Assembly: GCA_045545475.1 (NCBI GenBank)
Contig: JAZQAZ010000031.1
Location: 25,164-89,163 of the forward strand
Direction: 5' to 3'
From: Clostridia bacterium
GTDB taxonomy: Bacteria; Bacillota; Clostridia; CAKSNL01; HGM11501
DNA: 64,000 nucleotides
A model generated the notes under the pieces. The model did no database searches. It was not told the DNA's origin and saw only the letters and a program-made list of their open reading frames with translations. A program made the position numbers and the translations under genes. This document shows, one piece after another, positions 28,319 to 37,715 of this stretch (positions are counted from its first letter, which is position 1; each line of letters begins with the position of its first letter).

Positions 28319-30086
28319 ATTCGTACTGTGAGTTGTACATTGATGCATAAATTCCGCCCTTTTCAAGCAGCTCTTTATGCGTGCCGTGTTCTTTTATTTC
28401 ACCGTCATTTATAACAAGTATGACGTCGGCGTTTTCGACAGTTGAAAGACGGTGTGCTATTACAAAGCAGGTTTTACCTTTCATAAGGGCGGTCATGGCA
28501 GCCTGGATTTCCTTTTCGGTGCGGGTGTCAACGTTGCTTGTGGCTTCATCAAGAATAAGCATTTTGGAGTCAAGAAGCATTGCTCTTGCAATTGTGAGCA
28601 GTTGCTTTTGCCCCTGAGAAATGTTTATTCCGTCCTCTGAAAGATAGGTGTCATAGCCATCGGGAAGTGCCATTATGTAGTTGTGGATTTTAGCAGCTTT
28701 TGCACACCTTACCACATCCTTGCGTGTGGCGTTTTTGTTTCCGTAGGCAATGTTTTCATAAATTGTTCCGCCAAAGAGCCATGTGTCCTGAAGCACCATG
28801 GCGTAGGATGAACGCAGTGAATCTCTGGTTATGTCAAGGTATGGCGTGCCGTCAAGAGTTATTTCACCTGTTACAGGATCGTAAAACCTCATTAAAAGAT
28901 TTATTATAGTGGTTTTACCTGCACCTGTAGGTCCCACAATTGCAATGAGCGAGCCTTTATCTGCTTTGAGATTGACATTTTTTAATACAGTTTTTACACC
29001 GTCATATGAAAAATTTACATCTTTCAATTCCACATTACCGCAGACGTTTTCCATAGACTTAGCACCGGATAAATCGGCAGGTTCGCTTTCTTCATCGATA
29101 AGGCGAAAAACACGTTCCGCAGCCGCTAAGGATGACTGAAGCTCACTTAAAATGTTGGCAATTTCGTTTATGGGGCCGGAAAATTTTCTTGAATACAAAA
29201 CAAAGGTGGATAAATTACCCGGTGTAAGCTTGCCTTTTAAGAAAAGTATCGCCCCAAACATACTTATAAGAGCCAGAGACAGATTGTTTACAAAGTTTAC
29301 AGAAGGCCCCATGGTGCTTCCGTGATACTCTGCTTCATAGTGGGCACTTACCGCATCAGTGTTTTTATCGTCGAAACGGTCAATCATGACTTCTTCCGAA
29401 TTATATGCCTTAATGGATTTTTGCCCCGTTATGATTTCTTCGGCATATCCGTTAAGCTCTCCCAGCTTTGCACTTCTCTTCTTAAATAAGGGACGTACCT
29501 TTTTTGCTTTGTATCTTGTCATAAGAAGGGAAATGGGAATGGTTATCGCAAATACCAAAACCAAAACCGGAGAAATTTTTATCATCATGAAAAGTGAGCC
29601 GAGGATTGTTATGGCACTTGTTGATATCTGAACAAAATCGTGGGATAGGGATGAGTTTATTGTGTCAATGTCGTAAGACATTCGGCTTACTATATCTCCT
29701 GTCTGATGGCGGTCAAAAAAGCTTACAGGCATAGAAAGGAGCTTGTCCGATAAATCCTTCCTCATTTTGTAAATTATTTTCTGGCTTAAATTCACCATTA
29801 ACACAGAAAGGGCATAGGAAAGAAGCGCAGAAAGTGCGTACATTATAATCATTAATGTGCAGTAGTAAAATACCTTTGGAAAATCCGCTTCGCCCTTTGA
29901 AAGGCCGATTGCATCGATGGCGTTACCGGAAAGACGGGGACCTACAAGGGAAAAAACATTGCTTGTTACGGTTAAAAGAATTGAACCAAGGAGCATTAAT
30001 TTATGCTGCATAAGATATTTTCCGAGCCTTAGCAAGGTTTTCTTTTTATCCTGTACCTGATTTTTTTCGTTTCTTTCCTTACTCAA
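28317..30086 (-). CDS. ABC exporter fused permease/ATPase, consensus-site subunit of a heterodimer
   Basis: GPTGAGKTT, ISQGQKQ, LILDEATS, IAHRL; TTG start at 30086 after GGAGG. Confidence 0.92.
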   Translation of the reverse strand: MSKERNEKNQVQDKKKTLLRLGKYLMQHKLMLLGSILLTVTSNVFSLVGPRLSGNAIDAIGLSKGEADFPKVFYYCTLMIIMYALSALLSYALSVLMVNLSQKIIYKMRKDLSDKLLSMPVSFFDRHQTGDIVSRMSYDIDTINSSLSHDFVQISTSAITILGSLFMMIKISPVLVLVFAITIPISLLMTRYKAKKVRPLFKKRSAKLGELNGYAEEIITGQKSIKAYNSEEVMIDRFDDKNTDAVSAHYEAEYHGSTMGPSVNFVNNLSLALISMFGAILFLKGKLTPGNLSTFVLYSRKFSGPINEIANILSELQSSLAAAERVFRLIDEESEPADLSGAKSMENVCGNVELKDVNFSYDGVKTVLKNVNLKADKGSLIAIVGPTGAGKTTIINLLMRFYDPVTGEITLDGTPYLDITRDSLRSSYAMVLQDTWLFGGTIYENIAYGNKNATRKDVVRCAKAAKIHNYIMALPDGYDTYLSEDGINISQGQKQLLTIARAMLLDSKMLILDEATSNVDTRTEKEIQAAMTALMKGKTCFVIAHRLSTVENADVILVINDGEIKEHGTHKELLEKGGIYASMYNSQYE

Positions 30087-31794
30087 AGTGACCGCCTCCC
30101 ATCTGTGTTTCGGCAATTTCTCTGTAGGCGGGACAATTTGCCATTAAGTCTTCGTGCGTGCCGCTTCCTATAATTTCGCCTTCGTCAAGCATTAATATTA
30201 GGTCAGCGTGCTTTATGGAGCTTATTCGCTGTGCAATTATTATGGACGTGGTATCTTTGAAGTTTTCCTTTATATTGCGTCGGAGTGCAGCATCTGTCCT
30301 GTAATCAAGAGCACTTGATGAGTCGTCCAGAATTAAAATGTCATTGTCTCCGGCAAAGGCACGGGCAAGAAGAACTCGTTGCTTCTGACCGCCGGAAAGA
30401 TTTGCACCCTTTCCTGTCAGCATATGACAGAATTTGTCAGGCAGGGAGTCAATAAATTCAAAGGCACAGGCGTGCTTTGCGGCGTTTTCTATTTGCTCAT
30501 CTGTCAGATTTCTTCCGAAATCAATATTGTTTTTTATGGTATCAGCAAAAAGCACATCGCCCTGAAAAACCGTACCAAACATTCTGTGAAGCTTTTCGTG
30601 GGGGATTGAACGCACCGATTTGCCGTTTATGTAAATCCTTCCGGTATCTGTATCGTAAAGGCGCATAAGAAGATTTATGATGGTGCTTTTTCCGCTTCCG
30701 GTGGCACCGATGATTCCGAGGGTTTCTCCTTTCTTTAAGGAGAAACTTATATTTTTTATGTTGTCTCTTTTCTTGTTATACGAAAAGGTCACATTGTCAA
30801 AAACGATATGGGCATCTGTTTTGACTGGGTCATCATCTATTATGGGAAGATTTCCCGGGGACGACAAAACATCACCGATTCGCTTTGCGGAGGCACTTCC
30901 CTTAGATGTCATAACAAATATTCTTGTAATGGACATCATTGCGTTTAAGATAATGGTGAAATAGGACAAAAAAGCAATAATTTTACCTGTTTCGGAAACA
31001 CCTGCATTGACACGGTAAGCACCGACCAGGATAACCAAAGTAAGTCCCGTATTAAGGTAGATGTTCATAACAGGGTTTGTGAGAGCCATGGTGAGGCCTG
31101 CTCTCTTTTCGTTTTTCACAACATTGTGGTTTGCTTCATCGAAGCGTTCTTTTTCGTAATCAACTTTAGAAAGAGCTTTTATTACCCTTATTCCGCTGGC
31201 ATGTTCTCTTACGGCCCTTATCATATTGTCAACGGAGGACTGAAGGGAAGAATAAAGCGGAACACCTTTTTTTGAAATTGTCCATACGGAATATCCCATA
31301 AAGGGGAGAAGACATAAAAGAACGAGTGCTAAAACAGGCTCCAGAGAAAAAGCTATTAAGAGACCGCCTATAAGAAGGATAGGGGCTCTTACACCCATTC
31401 GCTGCATCATTCCTATCATGTGGTGTAAATGATAAGTATCGCTGGTAAGTCTAGTTTCGAGGGAGGGTATGGTGAATGAATCTATCTCTGAGGAAGAAAG
31501 GTATGAAATTTTGGTAAACAAATCGTGGCGGATTGCTTTAGTAGTATTTTTTGCAACCTTTGCAGCCATGCGGTTTGCGACTACGTTTCCGATTAAAGCA
31601 ATGGCAGAAACAATAATCATGACTCCACCCCAGAAATAAACCTCGTTTATGTTTCCTGTCGGGACAACATTATCTATAATATGGGCAAGAATATATGGGA
31701 GAAAAAGGTCCATGATAGTGCCGATGAATTTAATGGTAAGACCGATGATTATGGCAAAAAGCTGAGGTTTTATATATGGATAAATCTTTTTCAC
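30079..31794 (-). CDS. ABC exporter fused permease/ATPase, degenerate-site subunit of a heterodimer
   Basis: GATGSGKST, LSGGQKQR, ILDDSSSALD (D for catalytic E), IAQRI (Q for H). Confidence 0.92.
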   Translation of the reverse strand: MKKIYPYIKPQLFAIIIGLTIKFIGTIMDLFLPYILAHIIDNVVPTGNINEVYFWGGVMIIVSAIALIGNVVANRMAAKVAKNTTKAIRHDLFTKISYLSSSEIDSFTIPSLETRLTSDTYHLHHMIGMMQRMGVRAPILLIGGLLIAFSLEPVLALVLLCLLPFMGYSVWTISKKGVPLYSSLQSSVDNMIRAVREHASGIRVIKALSKVDYEKERFDEANHNVVKNEKRAGLTMALTNPVMNIYLNTGLTLVILVGAYRVNAGVSETGKIIAFLSYFTIILNAMMSITRIFVMTSKGSASAKRIGDVLSSPGNLPIIDDDPVKTDAHIVFDNVTFSYNKKRDNIKNISFSLKKGETLGIIGATGSGKSTIINLLMRLYDTDTGRIYINGKSVRSIPHEKLHRMFGTVFQGDVLFADTIKNNIDFGRNLTDEQIENAAKHACAFEFIDSLPDKFCHMLTGKGANLSGGQKQRVLLARAFAGDNDILILDDSSSALDYRTDAALRRNIKENFKDTTSIIIAQRISSIKHADLILMLDEGEIIGSGTHEDLMANCPAYREIAETQMGGGHFE

Positions 31795-31815
31795 AAAAAC
31801 ACCTCCTTATTATAT

Positions 31816-31844
31816 ATGATACACCTTTAAATTTTTGGTGTCAA
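31816..31844 (-). promoter_or_regulatory. SigmaA promoter of the ABC exporter operon
   Basis: TTGACA-17 bp-TATCAT on the minus strand; -35 overlaps the upstream terminator. Confidence 0.65.
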
Positions 31845-31877
31845 TAAAAAAAGAGGCCTAGCCTCTTTTTTTATTGA
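31841..31877 (-). terminator. Terminator overlapping the NUDIX stop codon
   Basis: 17-bp perfect inverted repeat TCAATAAAAAAAGAGGC-CTA-GCCTCTTTTTTTATTGA. Confidence 0.8.
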
Positions 31878-32751
31878 ACAAGTACATGAAAAATGCACTT
31901 TGTGTAAAACCATCTTTTATTTCTCCGTTTATGATTTTTTGGGAAAGCTCGTTATCCGTTAGTGTGATATAGCCTTTTATTCCTTCCTCATCGGTGTTTA
32001 CTTCATTTATTTCCTTTCTTAGATGTGCAAGGTAAATGGAAACTATTGCGGAGGAAAGCCCTGAATCTGGATATGTATCTCCGAGGCGGGAAATAGCTTC
32101 AACATAAGTATCGGAGAAACCCGGCTTTTTTGAAAGTTCTTCGGAAAGCTCCTTAAGTGCATTTTCGTTCTCGGTGCATCCGTTCTCTAAAAATCCTCTC
32201 GGAAATTCAAAGGATTCCTTTCTTATGGGATGACGCATATTTTTAATGAGAATGAATTTGTCCTCTCCTGTTTCGGAAGTATATACAGGAACGATAACGG
32301 TTCCGCCGCATTCTTTGGGATAAACTATTCTCGAATAGGTGTAGGGTTTCTCTCCTTCGATAAGGTCTGAAACGACCACATAGAAGGGAGAGTTGTCAAA
32401 CATAACCCCGACTTTGAAATTACGGTCCTCTTTGTCCTTGTTATCCTCCTGGAAAGAGAGAATTTTTTTTAGATCTCTGCATATGGGAAACTTTCCATCA
32501 AGTGGTGAAAAAAGCCAGGGTTTTTCTTCCATTAGGCGGAAATATTTTTCGGTACGTTCTTTAAGTTCGGGGTCAAGGAAAAGGGGATATTCAACTAATT
32601 TTTTGTCAAGCCATTCCTTAATCCACATCCATTTTTCGTGAATTTCTGCGTATAGGGGAGGTTTTGCATCGCTTTTGGGATCGTAGGCATTAAACACATC
32701 TTCGGGGACACAGCGGGACATAATATATCTTTTTAAGTATCTATATTCCAT
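31858..32751 (-). CDS. NUDIX hydrolase (ADP-ribose pyrophosphatase-like) with long N-terminal extension
   Basis: NMRHPIRKESFEFPRGFLENGCTENENALKELSEEL variant Nudix box, YPDSGL, EEGI, IKDGFT. Confidence 0.8.
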   Translation of the reverse strand: MEYRYLKRYIMSRCVPEDVFNAYDPKSDAKPPLYAEIHEKWMWIKEWLDKKLVEYPLFLDPELKERTEKYFRLMEEKPWLFSPLDGKFPICRDLKKILSFQEDNKDKEDRNFKVGVMFDNSPFYVVVSDLIEGEKPYTYSRIVYPKECGGTVIVPVYTSETGEDKFILIKNMRHPIRKESFEFPRGFLENGCTENENALKELSEELSKKPGFSDTYVEAISRLGDTYPDSGLSSAIVSIYLAHLRKEINEVNTDEEGIKGYITLTDNELSQKIINGEIKDGFTQSAFFMYLFNKKRG

Positions 32752-32752
32752 G

Positions 32753-35700
32753 TTATACTCTCCTTTTACGCTCTAAGTGCAAAGTACTGTCTGATGTGTC
32801 TTTATCGGAATTGGCAACGGAAAGATTTTCGCCTGATGTTATCTGAAGCTTTGCTTCATCAAGCACCAATGCACCTTCTTTTCCTATACTGTATGATAAA
32901 GAGGAATTTGAAAGGGTATACGCCACTTTATCGGGAAGAAAGGTGTCTTTTGTTTCCTTTATATTTCTTTCCATAAATGAAAGATAGGAGAAAAGTGCTT
33001 CAAAGTCTATGGTTTCGCCTGTTTCGTCCACTCGGAGAATATCGTTATATTTAGTTTCGCTCTCCGACGATATTGACTTTAAGGACTCGCCTTCGGGAGC
33101 CAGGAGCTTACTTTCACTGCGGTATGTATAATGGATGAAGGGAGATACGCGGGAGCCTAAAACAGTGTTCTGACATTCTGTTAAAATGTCAGCCATAAGA
33201 GCTGAGGTTTGAGTATTGTCCGGTGATGAAAAGGATAAAAGGAAGTTTTTGTCCGCTGCTGAAAGGCTTAAGCCTTTTAAGTTGCCCTTTTCGATTCGGT
33301 CTGTATAAAGCTTGTAATGGCTTCGCTCGTAGTTTTCTGGCATATGAGTTCTTATTATATTGTGTATGCGGGAAAGTGAAGAGAATTTCGCAAGGCTTTT
33401 CCTTTTTTCAAAAAAGCCATCCATCTGCTCAGAGAAGCTTAAGCTTTTGCCGAGAGGTCTTTGGTAATTATAATATCTCGAAGCGGTAGGAAGATTTTCA
33501 TCAAGTAGGGTAATGCGGTCTTTATAGAGAGAAAGGCTCTCTCTTAAGGCTGTGGGAAGAGCGGATATATCCTTGTTTCCTAAGATATAATCCATTGCAA
33601 GCAGTCTTTTTTCCATTATGGCAGCAGCTTTTTTGCTGTCAGAGTTTTCTCCGTAATAGTTAAGCTCGGGGAGAGAACTAAATATAAAACTCTGCTTCTT
33701 AAAGCTTGATGCTACATACTCCTTAAGTGATTTTATATTGCCGTAAAGAGAAAGGGAAACGTAGCCCTTCTGAAGTAAGGTGAGAAAACCGGGAGAGTCT
33801 GAAAGACGTAAAAGCTCCGGATTATCTGCAAGCTGATTTGCAGTTAATTTAATGGTGTTGCCGCTTAAAACTGATTTCATAAGTAGCGGCTGTATATCTT
33901 CGGAAGTAAGATTCTTTCTTACGGTAAGCTCGCTGTCAAAATCCGTCACATAGAAGGGGCGGAGAAATTGTCCATGCTCTCTTTTGTGGGGAATCCACGT
34001 ATGTGCACTTTTTCTGACATCTTCGGGTATTTCGTCAAGCTTAAGTCTTGATGAATATTCTTTGAGAATAGAATAGTCCAGCGTAAACGGGATTCTAATG
34101 CTTTCGTCGGAAGAAAGAACTTTAAGTATCGGAGAAGAAGGGGAATAGAATGTATCGCTGCAAAATTCAACCGCCTCAGAATAGCATCTTTTGGATATTG
34201 TAAATTCTGCACATTCTATGTTGGGTGTACTTTCTAAAAGCTCTTCCGCTTCATTCAGACACTTTGATGCGGGAATTACGGCATCACTTAAAAGCATAGT
34301 GGCAGAATGTTCCGTATGTCTTACAAGTGCAAGATTTGCATAGCCTTCCGCACAAAGTGATGAGGCATCGGCGGCTGTGAAAATATCGCTTAAAGAGAGG
34401 GCGATTCCCTTTGCATCCTTTGAAAGCTTTAATGATGTGGTTATGTAGTATTCCGCAACATCATAATTTTCCGCAGCTAGTGCCGAAGATGCTACGCCGA
34501 GAGCGTCCTCCGAAGCTGACAGCTTGATTTTTGCCAGCAAAATATTTTCTTTTCTTTTGTTAAATGTAAGGTTCTTTCTATCTGCATCCTTTATTTTATC
34601 AAAAAAGTCCGGAATGGAACCTATAGCTCTGCTTGCCGTAACGGGGCGTGCCGAAAGGAGCTTTGCGAGGCGGAACTCGCTTTCAAAACGTTCCTTTGTG
34701 CCTGTCAAAAGAAGTCTTGAGGATACCCAATGGGCTATGGTAAGCACTTTTGTGAGAACAGTTTCCAGCTTTAAATTCTTCTTATCCTGAGCATCTTCAT
34801 CTCCCAATGAGGCAAGGAGGGTTACAAGCTCCTTAGGGAAGGTAAAAAGCCCTTTATCTATGTGGTGTAAATGGTTTTTGTAAAGAGCCTTAAGTTCTTT
34901 TTGCTGTGATGCATAAATTTCACTTAAAAATCTGTGCATCACAGCTTCAAGATCAGGGTGCTCTGAAATTTTTTTCAGAAGATTTATTCCTTCCTTTGTT
35001 TCGGGAAGACCGCTGTCGTAGCCGCCTGCGGTTACAAGCCGTGTGTATTTTGAACCCGGAACAACGAAGGGATATAAAAGACCGCTGTAAATAAGACGCT
35101 TAATATATACAGATTCAAGAAGCCCAGCATCTTCAAGAATTTCAACAGTGAGGCTTCCGGAAAACGGAGCAAGCAGTGTATAAAGAAGTAAGTCTTCCCG
35201 GCTGTCTGATTTTATGTTAATGCGATTTCCTGAAAAGCCGTGTCCCTGATTGTCAAGGGCGATTATGGCAAGTCGTGCAATAAGATTTGCATAATGATTG
35301 GACAAATCGGTTTTGTTGAAAGTGGCCAATGTGTCGCTTGATGCACCTGCAAGCTGACGCAACAGATGATGAACAGCACTTTCGTTAAAGCCCTCTTTAT
35401 CGCTGAAGGTCTTGATAAGCTCCTTACCGACCTTTGTCATATTTTCGTGCATATATGTGATTTTTGAATTATACAGAAGTTCGTAGGGAGAGAGGATGAG
35501 AAGAACTTCTGAAAGCCTTTTTAATACAGAATCAAATTTTTTCAGGAGGTTGGAAAGCATAATATGACGGTAAAGCTTATATCTGCTGCTTTTTTCGGGA
35601 CGTAGGTGATCAACGGCGGTATCCTCCGGAACAGAAGATACATCCTCAAGTAAAAGAGCGGATAATATAAGCTGATAGGCGTTTTTGTCTGTTGATTCTC

Positions 35701-36058
35701 GTACACGGTGAATAGCAGAAATCAACCGGTACAGCGAAAGCCCGTCTCCGCATTTTGCGAAAGAAGGCGAAATTTCTTCTTCGACGGAAAGACGATAATA
35801 AATACACTTATTAAGTATACTCATATATTTTGCTTCAAGGTCTAAGTTGATAGAAGCGTGATATAAGTCGGAAAGTGATTCTTCGGGTAGGACTACGTTA
35901 CTTTTACCGTATTTTTTGATATATCCTGCAAGCGGATGGTAGTCTTCGTCTGTTGCCCTTTTTACATATTCTTCTTTATCTCTTTTGTTTTTTGGTGTTG
36001 GCTGTTTATCAAGCCATTCTCCGAATTTTCTTATATTTTCTTCTCTGTCGATTGCCAT
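32753..36058 (-). CDS. Hypothetical protein, 1101 aa, mostly helical, no signal peptide
   Basis: Long uninterrupted ORF, AAGGAGG RBS, own consensus promoter, stop 1 nt from the NUDIX start. Confidence 0.85.
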   Translation of the reverse strand: MAIDREENIRKFGEWLDKQPTPKNKRDKEEYVKRATDEDYHPLAGYIKKYGKSNVVLPEESLSDLYHASINLDLEAKYMSILNKCIYYRLSVEEEISPSFAKCGDGLSLYRLISAIHRVRESTDKNAYQLILSALLLEDVSSVPEDTAVDHLRPEKSSRYKLYRHIMLSNLLKKFDSVLKRLSEVLLILSPYELLYNSKITYMHENMTKVGKELIKTFSDKEGFNESAVHHLLRQLAGASSDTLATFNKTDLSNHYANLIARLAIIALDNQGHGFSGNRINIKSDSREDLLLYTLLAPFSGSLTVEILEDAGLLESVYIKRLIYSGLLYPFVVPGSKYTRLVTAGGYDSGLPETKEGINLLKKISEHPDLEAVMHRFLSEIYASQQKELKALYKNHLHHIDKGLFTFPKELVTLLASLGDEDAQDKKNLKLETVLTKVLTIAHWVSSRLLLTGTKERFESEFRLAKLLSARPVTASRAIGSIPDFFDKIKDADRKNLTFNKRKENILLAKIKLSASEDALGVASSALAAENYDVAEYYITTSLKLSKDAKGIALSLSDIFTAADASSLCAEGYANLALVRHTEHSATMLLSDAVIPASKCLNEAEELLESTPNIECAEFTISKRCYSEAVEFCSDTFYSPSSPILKVLSSDESIRIPFTLDYSILKEYSSRLKLDEIPEDVRKSAHTWIPHKREHGQFLRPFYVTDFDSELTVRKNLTSEDIQPLLMKSVLSGNTIKLTANQLADNPELLRLSDSPGFLTLLQKGYVSLSLYGNIKSLKEYVASSFKKQSFIFSSLPELNYYGENSDSKKAAAIMEKRLLAMDYILGNKDISALPTALRESLSLYKDRITLLDENLPTASRYYNYQRPLGKSLSFSEQMDGFFEKRKSLAKFSSLSRIHNIIRTHMPENYERSHYKLYTDRIEKGNLKGLSLSAADKNFLLSFSSPDNTQTSALMADILTECQNTVLGSRVSPFIHYTYRSESKLLAPEGESLKSISSESETKYNDILRVDETGETIDFEALFSYLSFMERNIKETKDTFLPDKVAYTLSNSSLSYSIGKEGALVLDEAKLQITSGENLSVANSDKDTSDSTLHLERKRRV

Positions 36059-36085
36059 AATTATTCCTCCTTGAATGGTAATTTA

Positions 36086-36114
36086 ATTATAATAAAGTGT
36101 TCTTTATCTGTCAA
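36086..36114 (-). promoter_or_regulatory. Perfect sigmaA promoter with palindrome in the spacer
   Basis: TTGACA(36114-36109)-17 bp-TATAAT(36091-36086); ATAAAG-TGTT-CTTTAT at 36092-36107. Confidence 0.8.
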
Positions 36115-36203
36115 TATTTTTACCACAGAAAGAGAAATAAGAGAAGTTATCGAAAAAATCACCTCTGAAACGTCGGCGGTTTGATGTATTTATAGCCAAA
36201 AAT

Positions 36204-36233
36204 AAAAGCAGATTGTTTTTACAATCTGCTTTT
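36204..36233 (-). terminator. Terminator after the DeoR gene
   Basis: AAAAGCAGATTGT-TTTT-ACAATCTGCTTTT. Confidence 0.85.
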
Positions 36234-36239
36234 GATTTA

Positions 36240-37001
36240 TTATACTTCTGTAACCTTAACATCTAAGTCTGCCAGTAACTTGGATATTTCTTCGTCTAAG
36301 GGTTTTTCTGTTATAAAATGGTCGATTTCCGAAAAGTCAGCCAGCTTTGCAAAGCCGATTCTTCCGATTTTCGACTTATCGCAAAGATAAAACTTGCGGT
36401 CGGAATTTTTAATCATACATTTCTTTATGCCACATTCAGCTTCGTTACTGTCAAGGATGCCGCCGTTTTTGGTTACGCCGCGGCTGGAGAAGAACACCTT
36501 TGTGGCAAAGAAGTTTTCTTCAATATAGTTCGATGCAAGCGTTCCCACGAAGGACTGGTTACTGCTGGTAAAACCTCCGACGCCGATCACCTTGATGTTG
36601 GGGTTTCCTGCAAGCTCTGTTATAACTCTCATAGAGTTTGTAACGATTGTTACGTCCTTCATATTTTTAAGCTCACGCGCCATATAGAAGGTGGTGGTGG
36701 AAGCGTCTAAAAATATGGTATCACCGGGAACAACGTGACTTGCAGCTTCTTTTGCAAGGCGTTCCTTTGCCTCGGTATTTAAGTATTTTCTCTTTTCCAG
36801 AGACATTTCACGGTTGCTTTCGTCAATGGGAATCGCACCGCCGTGAGTTCTTACCAATGCTTCCTGCTTTTCAAGCTTTTCAAGGTCACGACGTACCGTT
36901 TCCTCCGTAACACCAAGCTCCTGGCTTAATTTGCTTACCCATACGGAGCCCTCAAGTCTCAATGTTTCCAGAATGTGTTTCTGTCTTTCTACAGCAAACA
37001 T
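36240..37001 (-). CDS. DeoR/GlpR family regulator (FucR-like)
   Basis: VTEETVRRDLEKLE, RTHGGA, IFLDASTT, VTNS. Confidence 0.93.
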   Translation of the reverse strand: MFAVERQKHILETLRLEGSVWVSKLSQELGVTEETVRRDLEKLEKQEALVRTHGGAIPIDESNREMSLEKRKYLNTEAKERLAKEAASHVVPGDTIFLDASTTTFYMARELKNMKDVTIVTNSMRVITELAGNPNIKVIGVGGFTSSNQSFVGTLASNYIEENFFATKVFFSSRGVTKNGGILDSNEAECGIKKCMIKNSDRKFYLCDKSKIGRIGFAKLADFSEIDHFITEKPLDEEISKLLADLDVKVTEV

Positions 37002-37021
37002 TTTTATTTCTCCTCTTCAAA

Positions 37022-37056
37022 AAAACTGCTGCACATAGTTTTTATGCAGCAGTTTT
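37022..37056 (-). terminator. Terminator at the end of the BMC structural operon
   Basis: AAAACTGCTGCA / TGCAGCAGTTTT inverted repeat with T tract on the minus strand. Confidence 0.75.
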
Positions 37057-37060
37057 AATG

Positions 37061-37705
37061 TTATTTCTTTATGATTTTTACAAGGTCACCGTTTTTGATA
37101 CCTGCGGAGTTTGCATCGTCGGTATCAATGTGCATTTCAACGTTGAAATCGTCTCTTACTCTTACCTGAACATCATAAAAGAGTGTGGGTTTTACGCTTT
37201 CAACAGATACATCTACATAATCGCCGTCCTTGATTCCGTGACGAGTAGCGTATTCTGGTGTCAGATGGATGTGGCGGTTAGCAATGATTACGCCCTGCTT
37301 TAAGTAGATAGTACCCTTGGGGCCTACAACCACAAGCTTTTCTGATCCTTCAATTTTACCTGAAGGTCTTACCGGGGGGCTTACTTTAAGTATGAACGTA
37401 TCTGTTCTTGAAATTTCAACCTGTGTGTCCTTTCTTACGGGACCAAGTACTCTTACCTTTTCGATGGACTTTAAGGAAGGACCAACGAGTGTAACACACT
37501 CTTCAGCGGCATATTCTCTTCCCATAAGGGTTTTCTTCTTGGTAAGCTCATAGCCTTTGCCGAAGAGAATATCAAGGTCTTCTCTGGATAAGTGAATGTG
37601 GCGCTGTGAAACACCAACCTTGATTTCGCCGTCCTGATCTTTTTTATATTCGGATAAGATTTTGGCAACTGCTGCGCCTATTTTATCAGCATCATACATA
37701 GTCAT
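37061..37705 (-). CDS. pduL: Phosphate propanoyltransferase (PduL) with N-terminal encapsulation peptide
   Basis: VSQRHIHL, VRVLGPVR..TQVEIS, ANRHIHL, EMHIDTDDAN. Confidence 0.93.
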   Translation of the reverse strand: MTMYDADKIGAAVAKILSEYKKDQDGEIKVGVSQRHIHLSREDLDILFGKGYELTKKKTLMGREYAAEECVTLVGPSLKSIEKVRVLGPVRKDTQVEISRTDTFILKVSPPVRPSGKIEGSEKLVVVGPKGTIYLKQGVIIANRHIHLTPEYATRHGIKDGDYVDVSVESVKPTLFYDVQVRVRDDFNVEMHIDTDDANSAGIKNGDLVKIIKK

Positions 37706-37715
37706 TCACCTTGCC

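Noticed and set aside
35900-35935. Walker A motif in the 1101-aa protein (GYIKKYGKS)
   Set aside because: Spacing is G-x5-GKS, not G-x4-GK[ST], with no preceding hydrophobic strand or evident Walker B
36090-36104. LexA box in the orphan operon promoter
   Set aside because: Only one GAAC half-site; does not match GAAC-N4-GTTC
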